DNA from: Acaryochloris marina S15
Lineage (GTDB): Bacteria; Cyanobacteriota; Cyanobacteriia; Thermosynechococcales; Thermosynechococcaceae
Direction: 5' to 3'
Assembly: GCF_018336915.1 (NCBI RefSeq)
Contig: NZ_CP064923.1
Span: 840,001 to 872,000, forward strand
Length of the DNA stretch: 32,000 nt
The number at the start of each line of letters is the position of its first letter. Within the stretch, counting starts at the first letter, position 1. This document shows, piece by piece, positions 25,203-32,000 of this stretch. The notes below the pieces were generated by a model. The model searched no databases, was not told where the DNA came from, and was given only the letters and a program-made list of their open reading frames with translations. The position numbers were made by a program, and so were the translations under genes.

Positions 25203-26369
25203 ATGCGAATTGCCTTTTTTACTGAAACCTTCCTGCCTAAGGTAGATGGAATCGTCACCCGCCTCTGTCATACGGTTGCCCATTTACAACAAGACGGTCA
25301 TCAAGTTTTAGTCTTCTCACCCGATGGTGGCATTACAGAATATAAGGGAGCCCAAGTTCATGGCGTTTCTGCCTTTCCGCTCCCCCTCTATCCTGAACTC
25401 AAATTAGCGTTACCTCGCCCCTCCATTGGAGATGCCCTAACTCGGTTTCAGCCTGATCTGGTTCATGTGGTCAATCCGGCGGTTCTGGGGGTGGCTGGAT
25501 TATTTTTCAGTAAGATGAACCGCATCCCTTTAGTGGCGTCTTACCATACCCACTTACCCCACTATTTGAAGTACTACGGCTTGGGTATGTTTGAAGGGGT
25601 GTTGTGGGAAATGCTCAAAGCGGGCCATAATCAGGCCCTCTTAAACCTCTGTACCTCTAATGCCATGGTGGAAGAGCTGGGTGAACAGGGCATTGAACGT
25701 CTGGCCCTGTGGCAGCGAGGGGTTGATATTGACACGTTTCAACCTGAGTTAGCCTCGGCAGATATGCGGATGCTGCTCAGTCAAGGGAACCCAGAAGCGC
25801 CCTTGCTACTCTATGTGGGCCGACTCTCCGCAGAGAAAGAAATTGACCGCATCAAGTTGATTTTGGATGCCATGCCGAACGCTCGCCTCGCTTTGGTGGG
25901 GGATGGTCCCTATCGGCAAGATCTGGAGAAGCATTTCGCGGGCACAAAAACCTATTTTGCTGGGTATATGTCTGGCAAAACCTTGGCCTCGGCCTTTGCC
26001 TCAGCAGATTGCTTTATGTTCCCCTCTCGAACTGAAACCTTAGGGTTGGTGCTCCTGGAAGCAATGGCAGCGGGATGTCCTGTGGTGGCCGCTCGATCCG
26101 GCGGAATTACCGATATCGTCGAAGATGAGGTAAACGGATATCTGTTTGACCCCAACAGTGACCAAGATTTTGTTCAAGTGACCCAACGCTTACTCAATAA
26201 TTCGGATGAGCGGGAAACCATTCGCCACAATGCCCGAGCAGAAGCAGAGCGATGGGGCTGGGCCGCAGCAACTCGGCAACTGGAAGGCTATTACCAGGCA
26301 GTCCTAGAGAAACAGTCCACATCTAGCGTGACGAGGCCCCCTTCTTCTGCCACTGTCTCGTCTAAGTAG
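25203..26369 (+). CDS. sqdX: GT4 glycosyltransferase, sulfoquinovosyl-diacylglycerol synthase SqdX type
   Basis: MRIAFFTETFLPKVDGIVTRL...EYKGAQVHGVSAFPLPLYPELKLALP and FMFPSRTETLGLVLLEAMAAGCPVVAARSGG. The N-terminus closely matches my memory of cyanobacterial SqdX. Confidence 0.8.
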   Translation: MRIAFFTETFLPKVDGIVTRLCHTVAHLQQDGHQVLVFSPDGGITEYKGAQVHGVSAFPLPLYPELKLALPRPSIGDALTRFQPDLVHVVNPAVLGVAGLFFSKMNRIPLVASYHTHLPHYLKYYGLGMFEGVLWEMLKAGHNQALLNLCTSNAMVEELGEQGIERLALWQRGVDIDTFQPELASADMRMLLSQGNPEAPLLLYVGRLSAEKEIDRIKLILDAMPNARLALVGDGPYRQDLEKHFAGTKTYFAGYMSGKTLASAFASADCFMFPSRTETLGLVLLEAMAAGCPVVAARSGGITDIVEDEVNGYLFDPNSDQDFVQVTQRLLNNSDERETIRHNARAEAERWGWAAATRQLEGYYQAVLEKQSTSSVTRPPSSATVSSK

Positions 26370-26422
26370 CGGCGTCTACCGCTCCTATGTCAAAATAATT
26401 ATCTGCAAATAGGTAACCCGCT

Positions 26423-27853
26423 ATGTTTGAAGCCCTATCAGATCGGCTTGAATCCGCCTGGAAAACCCTTCGGGGTCAGGCTAAAATTTCGGAGTCGAAC
26501 ATTCAGGACGCCCTAAAAGAAGTTCGGCGAGCGCTCTTGGAAGCGGATGTTAATTTACAAGTCGTTAAAGATTTTATTGAAGAGGTGCGGGAAGCGGCCT
26601 TAGGGGCCGAGGTGATCACGGGGGTGCAGCCGGATCAGCAATTTATCAAAATTGTCCATGATCAGCTGGTCGAGATTATGGGGGCGACGAATGAGCCCTT
26701 AGCTGAGTCTAATAAGCCGCCTACCGTGATTTTAATGGCGGGTTTACAGGGGACCGGTAAAACCACGGCAACGGCCAAACTCGCCCTGCATTTACGCAAA
26801 CAAGAGCAGACTTCCTTGCTGGTGGCAACGGATATCTATCGACCCGCAGCCATCGACCAGTTGGTGACCCTGGGTGAGCAGATTGATGTACCGGTCTTTC
26901 AACTGGGAACAGATGCTAACCCCGTTGAAATTGCTCGCCAAGGCCTAGCAGCGGCTCGTGAGCAAAAGGTAGATACGGTGATTGTGGATACGGCCGGTCG
27001 TCTGCAAATTGACCCAGAAATGATGTCTGAGCTGGCGGACATTAAAAAAGCCATCAAGCCGGACGAGACCTTGCTGGTCGTCGATGCCATGACCGGTCAG
27101 GAAGCGGCAAACCTGACCCAGACCTTCCATGACCAGATTGGCATTACCGGCGCCATCCTGACCAAGATGGATGGTGATACTCGCGGGGGTGCAGCCCTCT
27201 CGATCCGCCAGATTTCCGGTAAGCCCATTAAGTTTGTCGGGGTTGGGGAAAAAGTTGAGGCGTTGCAGCCCTTCTATCCTGATCGAATGGCATCCCGAAT
27301 TTTGGGGATGGGAGATGTCCTCACCCTGGTGGAGAAAGCTCAAGAAGAGTTTGACATCGCCGATGCGGAGAAGATGCAGAAGAAGATCATGGAGGCTCAG
27401 TTTGACTTCACTGATTTTCTCAAGCAAATGCGCTTGCTCAAAAATATGGGATCTCTGGGTGGGGTGATGAAGCTCATCCCCGGCATGAATAAAATCTCCA
27501 ACTCTCAGCTCCAGGAAGGTGAAACCAAGCTGCAGCAGACGGAAGCGATGATCAACTCCATGACCAAGGAGGAACGCAAGAATCCCCAGTTGCTCTCTAA
27601 CTCTCCGAGTCGTCGTCGCCGGATTGCTAAGGGCTCTGGCTATACGCAAAACGATGTTGGCAAGTTAGTAACTGAGTTCCAACGCATGCGATCCATGATG
27701 CAGCAGATGGGACAAGGACAAATGCCCGGTATGTCTCCTGCGGGTGGAGGGAACCCGATGATGGGCGGTGGTCGCCCTAGCCCAGGCGGCTGGCGTGGCG
27801 GTATGGGTAAGAAGAAGAAGAATAAAAAGAAAAAAGGGTTTGGTGATTTGTAG
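26423..27853 (+). CDS. ffh: Signal recognition particle protein Ffh
   Basis: 476 aa: MFEALSDRLE..., GLQGTGKTTT, DTAGRL, TKMDGDTRGGAALS, a Met-rich M domain and a basic GKKKKNKKKKGFG tail. Confidence 0.97.
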   Translation: MFEALSDRLESAWKTLRGQAKISESNIQDALKEVRRALLEADVNLQVVKDFIEEVREAALGAEVITGVQPDQQFIKIVHDQLVEIMGATNEPLAESNKPPTVILMAGLQGTGKTTATAKLALHLRKQEQTSLLVATDIYRPAAIDQLVTLGEQIDVPVFQLGTDANPVEIARQGLAAAREQKVDTVIVDTAGRLQIDPEMMSELADIKKAIKPDETLLVVDAMTGQEAANLTQTFHDQIGITGAILTKMDGDTRGGAALSIRQISGKPIKFVGVGEKVEALQPFYPDRMASRILGMGDVLTLVEKAQEEFDIADAEKMQKKIMEAQFDFTDFLKQMRLLKNMGSLGGVMKLIPGMNKISNSQLQEGETKLQQTEAMINSMTKEERKNPQLLSNSPSRRRRIAKGSGYTQNDVGKLVTEFQRMRSMMQQMGQGQMPGMSPAGGGNPMMGGGRPSPGGWRGGMGKKKKNKKKKGFGDL

Positions 27854-27946
27854 GGGATGCGATGCAAGCTTGCGATCTCAAGTCCGCGTCAACTACTAAC
27901 ATCGCCCAAATGCCCTGGTAGAGGTTTGGTTTGGTCTTTTGGATAT

Positions 27947-28396
27947 TTACAGGGTTAACGCAAAGTGGTTGAAGGTCTGATCTAGCTGATAGCCCAAGGA
28001 TTCATACAGGGCTTGGGCTTCAGTATTGGTCTTTTCAGTGGCCAATGCTAATCGTATGGCTCCTGTTTCTCGGCCATAATCTGCGGCTGCCTGCATCAGT
28101 TGCGTAGCAATGCCTTGTTGGCGATGGGAGGGAAGCACGAATAAATCATTCAAAATCCACACTCGCCCCATAGAAGCGGAAGAAAAACTGGGGTAGAGCT
28201 GGGTGAACCCCACGCCACTGCCATTATCCAAGGCTAGAAAAATGGTGGAGTCCTGATTGCGAAATCGGTTAGCTATAAACTGTTCGGCCCCGTGGAAGTT
28301 GGAGAGCTGGTGGTAGAACACTCGGTAGTGGTCAAATAGCATGGCCACGTCAGCAAGATGGTCTATATTGGCCAACACGATATTCATGAGTAGCAA
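27947..28396 (-). CDS. GNAT family N-acetyltransferase
   Basis: 149 aa with the acetyl-CoA binding block LFVLPSHRQQGIATQLMQAAADYG...ALYESLGY. Confidence 0.85.
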   Translation of the reverse strand: MLLMNIVLANIDHLADVAMLFDHYRVFYHQLSNFHGAEQFIANRFRNQDSTIFLALDNGSGVGFTQLYPSFSSASMGRVWILNDLFVLPSHRQQGIATQLMQAAADYGRETGAIRLALATEKTNTEAQALYESLGYQLDQTFNHFALTL

Positions 28397-28402
28397 CCCA
28401 GA

Positions 28403-29029
28403 TTAGTTTTCGGTAAAGCCTTTCTCTAAGAGGATTCTAGCAATTTTAGCTTGGTGAGTTGTTTCCCATTCTTCTATGGATTGAGATGCGTCTTTGACGG
28501 TTCTTTGGTAGGCGATCTCATAGACAGAGGCTTGGTCAGCCACTGGAATAACGGCAATTCCTTCTTCATCTGCCACCACAATATCCTGGGGATGAATGTG
28601 GACTCCACCACAATGAATAGGTCCACCTAGGGTTCCCAAGGTTTTTTTGACCCCAGGGATAGGAATCACCCCTCTAGCAAAAACGGGGAATTGGGCTGCT
28701 CGAACTTCGGCAACATCTCTGATCACACCATCGACGACAAAACCTGCAATTTGTCTTTTTTGGGCAATGGCACAGACATTGCCGCCTGAAACGGCATAGT
28801 CTACGTTACCTGTTTCGACGACAATGACACTTCCGGGTGGGGCGCGGTAAATCGCTGCATGAAGCATCAGATTGTCGCCGGGTGGACAGCGGACTGTATA
28901 GGCGGGTCCTGCAATTCTCGGAATTTGAGGCCAGATTTCTGTGATGCCAATATCCATAAACTGTTCGCGGCTTAACGCATCAGCATAGGCGGTAGGCGAT
29001 AATTCTCGGAATTTGGAATAGTTAGTCAT
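28403..29029 (-). CDS. RraA family protein (RNase E regulator / HMG-aldolase-like fold)
   Basis: 208 aa: GPAYTVRCPPGDNLMLHAAI...GSVIVVETG...AVSGGNVCAIAQKRQIAGFVVDGVIRD...FPVFARG. Confidence 0.8.
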   Translation of the reverse strand: MTNYSKFRELSPTAYADALSREQFMDIGITEIWPQIPRIAGPAYTVRCPPGDNLMLHAAIYRAPPGSVIVVETGNVDYAVSGGNVCAIAQKRQIAGFVVDGVIRDVAEVRAAQFPVFARGVIPIPGVKKTLGTLGGPIHCGGVHIHPQDIVVADEEGIAVIPVADQASVYEIAYQRTVKDASQSIEEWETTHQAKIARILLEKGFTEN

Positions 29030-29345
29030 TGATGTGCTGAACCTACTTAAGCCTTCTATTGGGTGGGATGACTGTGGGACTCAGTTTATTTTGTGATTCA
29101 ACCGTTCTGCCAATCCCCGACCTGGCCCCTATTTCTGACAAATTTCAGGACTATCTATTAGAATAGACAGCGTGCTTGAATTGTTGCTCACCAATCTCTA
29201 GAAATTCTTCACCTTAAGGTTTTCGCAGATTTTTTGTGCCGCTGACTTTCAGCATTAGGTATGAGTGCAAAAAATTTCTGACAGCACTCCTTCACCTGCA
29301 TCTAGTGACAGGTGAAATGTTTCCCATTCATTACTGTAGAATTGC

Positions 29346-30473
29346 ATGACTTCAGTTCCCCTCTCATCTGCTGCTTCTGATGTAAAGCAGAATCAACCTG
29401 ATGCGTTAATATCGCATGCTGACTATGTTAAACAGTTACGCCCTTTATTGCCCGATGAAGCATTTGCCCCCGATCTGAACAAAATTTGGTTTATTTTGAT
29501 CAATTTAGCCATGCTAGCGGTTGGTTGGGCTATTGCCAGCTATATGGATCAATGGCAATGGTATTGGTTATGGCTATATTTGCCTATTTCCCTGGTGATG
29601 GGTAATAGCGTTATTGTGTTGCTCTTTAGCTGTCATGACTTAATGCATGGAAGTGGTATCAGGCATTCAAGGCTATTTCGTCTAGTTAGCTTTTTGGGAC
29701 TGTCTATGTTGTGGATGCCACCTACACTTTGGCGTGCGGTCCATAACCGGGAACACCACCGCAATACCAATTCTGATATTGACCCAGATCGCAACTATCT
29801 CTACAATCAGCCGAATACTTGGGGTAAATGGATCCAGGATCGATTTGTGCCGTCTAATGAAGTCAGTCCCTTGGGGTTAATCGTTGGTATGGGCCATGCT
29901 TGGGGTGTTCATGCTCTTAGGAATATGACGTCTGTGGTGTTATTCAACCGCAAAGACGTGGATTATGTACCCGCAGCATTTACGGTCAGCCGTCGAGAGC
30001 GATGGGCGATTGCCAGAGAAGTTATTCTCATTTGCCTTGTCCATTTAGGTATCATGGCTAGTCTGAATTTTGATCCGGTTAAATTGGTATTCAGTTATTT
30101 TCTACCCATTTGGATTGGTTATGCAGGAGCGCTGTTTTATATCTACACGAATCATATGTTGTCACCCATGACGGCCATTAATGATCCGCTAGTGAATAGT
30201 GTTTCCCTGAAGGTTCCTAAGATATTTGATGTGCTGCATTTCAATTTTTCGTACCATACGGAGCACCACCTTTTTCCCGGAATGAATTCTGATTATTACC
30301 CGCTTGTGCAGGAGTTGCTACTGAAGCTCTATCCTGAGCGCTTTCATTTACTTCCTGCGGGTCAAGTGTGGAAATTAATGTTGGAAACACCCAGACATTA
30401 CGAAGATGAAAAGACTTTTACTACTTGGTCCGGTGAAGAGTCTATGACCTGTCCTTTGACGCTTGATCCCTAG
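29346..30473 (+). CDS. Membrane fatty-acid-desaturase-family di-iron enzyme
   Basis: Three His boxes (HDLMHG, HNREHH, HTEHH) spaced by hydrophobic segments. The substrate cannot be inferred from sequence alone. Confidence 0.8.
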   Translation: MTSVPLSSAASDVKQNQPDALISHADYVKQLRPLLPDEAFAPDLNKIWFILINLAMLAVGWAIASYMDQWQWYWLWLYLPISLVMGNSVIVLLFSCHDLMHGSGIRHSRLFRLVSFLGLSMLWMPPTLWRAVHNREHHRNTNSDIDPDRNYLYNQPNTWGKWIQDRFVPSNEVSPLGLIVGMGHAWGVHALRNMTSVVLFNRKDVDYVPAAFTVSRRERWAIAREVILICLVHLGIMASLNFDPVKLVFSYFLPIWIGYAGALFYIYTNHMLSPMTAINDPLVNSVSLKVPKIFDVLHFNFSYHTEHHLFPGMNSDYYPLVQELLLKLYPERFHLLPAGQVWKLMLETPRHYEDEKTFTTWSGEESMTCPLTLDP

Positions 30474-30708
30474 GATGTCAAGGTTATGGGAAAAGTTAGA
30501 TCAGGTACGGGTTGAGAATAGGCTTCGAGCTTTGATTGATTTAGGGCAGACCCTTGAAGATGCCTTACGGATTGTGCGAGAAGAGGAAAATATTGGGATG
30601 ATGCATCTTTGGCCCGCGGTAGAAAGTGTTGCCCAAGTCAAGGCTCGTGAGGCAAAGCGCATAGTGATACGGGTTTTCCGGCCTCACTCTGATTTGGGAT
30701 CACCTTAG
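30463..30708 (+). CDS. Hypothetical small protein
   Basis: 81-aa ORF overlapping the desaturase stop by 11 nt; an alternative ATG at 30475 removes the overlap. No family recognised. Confidence 0.4.
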   Translation: MIPRMSRLWEKLDQVRVENRLRALIDLGQTLEDALRIVREEENIGMMHLWPAVESVAQVKAREAKRIVIRVFRPHSDLGSP

Positions 30709-30736
30709 GAGTTAGACCATCAGGGCTAACATCAAA

Positions 30737-31186
30737 ATGAAGAAGATATTGATAGTGTGTCTTTTCGTATTGGCTGGGTGCCGACCAAGCGTGGAAAAGC
30801 GGATGAGATCTAGCGGTTCAACTGTTCTACGTAATCCAAGAGAGAAGGCTATTTTTGACTATTTCTATGCATTGCGAGAGCGGCGTTATGAGGACGCCTA
30901 TCAACTTCGTGCCTTGCACCTTAGCTCGTCTCTTCCTTCCTCCCAGGATTTCTTGTATTTCAAGAAAACCCATCAGGAGAAGCATGAATCTTTGGCAACT
31001 CAAATTACCGTTGGTGGGGAAGAAAGAGGGTATGGAGATGGTCCCTGTGAATGCGTTTATACCGTTTACGCTGTTGAACCAGGACATACCACTTTAGTGA
31101 GTGGTATGGTCAGCACCCATTCAAAACCTGGTCAACCTGAAGTGTGCCTGATTGGCTATAATTCTGCGTTTGGCTTTTCTCCTTAG
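30737..31186 (+). CDS. Putative lipoprotein
   Basis: MKKILIVCLFVLAGC has a lipobox (LAG|C). 149 aa, with no family recognised. Confidence 0.65.
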   Translation: MKKILIVCLFVLAGCRPSVEKRMRSSGSTVLRNPREKAIFDYFYALRERRYEDAYQLRALHLSSSLPSSQDFLYFKKTHQEKHESLATQITVGGEERGYGDGPCECVYTVYAVEPGHTTLVSGMVSTHSKPGQPEVCLIGYNSAFGFSP

Positions 31187-31213
31187 AGGCATCTCTTATA
31201 GCGATTGAGATTG

Positions 31214-31410
31214 ATGCATCCATCTGTTCAGAAGAAAGAACTGATCAGAAGAAAGAACTGATTACCAAACTAGCAAAGCAGTTGGTCATAGAAGCTCTGT
31301 CGATTGTGCACCAGTTTGATCATCCCTGCAATCAGATGTATGCTTTTGCGTTGATGACTCCTGCTGAGGGGACAGGTATTGGGGTTGCGATCGCAACTAA
31401 ACAAACCTGA
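31214..31410 (+). pseudogene. Decayed small gene (DUF4303-like N-terminal fragment) disrupted by a 17-bp tandem duplication
   Basis: The ATG at 31214 reads MHPSVQKKELIRRKN-stop. Deleting one copy of the 17-mer restores a 64-codon frame: MHPSVQKKELITKLAKQLVIEALSIVHQFDHPCNQMYAFALMTPAEGTGIGVAIATKQT-stop. The downstream frame has no start codon of its own. Confidence 0.5.
31229..31262. repeat. Perfect 17-bp tandem duplication CAGAAGAAAGAACTGAT x2
   Basis: Read directly: 31229-31245 and 31246-31262 are identical. Confidence 0.95.
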
Positions 31411-31485
31411 GCAATAGTCGCTCAATCCTATCTTCAAAGGCTATCAGGCACAACAGGCGATACGCTGGCCTTACTATGCCTGAGT

Positions 31486-32000
31486 CTACTTCTTCTTTTC
31501 CCGACTGAGCAACGCCACACTAAAAGTGACTAAAATAACGCCGAGAATTTGGAGTGGATTGAGGGTTTCTTGAATGGCAAACCAAGCCAAGACAACTGTT
31601 AATGCTGGATTGGTAGCCCCGATGATAGATGCCGTGGTGGCCCCAATCAGACGAATGCCCATATTGTTGAGCAGGTGACCACTGGACGTGGCAATGGCAG
31701 ACAACAAGCCCCCGATCCATAATGGTCCCCACTCAATTGCCTCAGGCTGCGTCCAGAACAGCAAGCTTATGCAGGACAAGACCAGCGTGACCGCGAAGCT
31801 AATCCAGGTATAGGGAACAGGATGAACCTGCTCAAAGCTTTTTTGAGCGAGAACCGTATAGATGGCATAGGCAACCCCAGATGCAATCCCTAATCCAACC
31901 CCCAACGCATTGGCCGTTAGTCCAGTTTGGGGAACGGTAAGAGCACTGCCGAACAGGACTAATCCCATCACCATCCAGCGAAATCGGGAAGGTGCATCGC
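31486..32000 (-). CDS. EamA/DMT-family transporter, C-terminal part (N-terminus beyond the right edge)
   Basis: Multi-TM sequence, with ...GATTASIIGATNPALTVVLAWFAIQETLNPLQILGVILV typical of an EamA repeat. The reverse-strand frame stays open upstream of the listed Met to position 32000 (..DAPSRFRWMVMG). Confidence 0.8.
   Translation of the reverse strand, partial: DAPSRFRWMVMGLVLFGSALTVPQTGLTANALGVGLGIASGVAYAIYTVLAQKSFEQVHPVPYTWISFAVTLVLSCISLLFWTQPEAIEWGPLWIGGLLSAIATSSGHLLNNMGIRLIGATTASIIGATNPALTVVLAWFAIQETLNPLQILGVILVTFSVALLSREKKK

Noticed and set aside
26945-27649. 234-aa antisense ORF inside ffh.
   Set aside because: It lies fully within the strongly supported ffh gene on the opposite strand. 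The translation is low-information (L/R/G/H-rich) with no motif.
27808-27840. Purine run AAGAAGAAGAAGAATAAAAAGAAAAAAGG near the ffh 3' end.
   Set aside because: It encodes the Lys-rich C-terminal tail (KKKKNKKKKG) that is normal for Ffh, and is not an independent repeat element.
1-32000. Search for PEP-CTERM (or other sorting-tag) substrates of the exosortase among all listed ORF C-termini.
   Set aside because: No ORF ends with PEP followed by a TM helix and an Arg-rich tail. The FSF-ending proteins lack a C-terminal TM, so they are not exosortase substrates by the known rule.

Overview
The window reads as a cyanobacterial chromosomal segment. By eye I count 7 copies of the HIP1 palindrome GCGATCGC, and the gene content fits: sqdX, a cyanoexosortase and a cyanobacterial-type HTH-NACHT NTPase. 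Most of it is housekeeping: trmD, argB, an NAD(P)-binding SDR, a GH104 lysozyme, ylxR, tex, ppk1, an Slt70-like transglycosylase, pepP, sqdX, ffh, a GNAT, an RraA-like protein, a desaturase and an EamA transporter. Two accessory-looking patches interrupt it. (i) 1.6-4.95 kb has a 750 bp AT-rich non-coding stretch followed by four small Sec-signal proteins. Three of these are paralogues of a family I do not recognise, ending in an aromatic beta-signal-like motif. (ii) 9.5-13.0 kb holds a STAND NACHT NTPase gene split 15 codons after its P-loop by a 1.14 kb IS630-family element. The element's transposase is itself frame-shifted at an A7 run, and the NACHT gene carries a 176 nt polypyrimidine (LDLSLSRS)n repeat. 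Best candidates for something new: (a) a two-motif MshEN-type c-di-GMP-binding module fused to an M23 peptidase, directly upstream of a 508-aa cyanoexosortase with a fused C-terminal domain and an HpsJ-like membrane protein; (b) the secreted paralogue family; (c) a PPK1 with an IF2-N-like N-terminal extension. I saw no rRNA, tRNA or CRISPR array. All calls come from reading the translated ORFs and recalling family motifs. No searches were run, so every family assignment needs a profile search to confirm.
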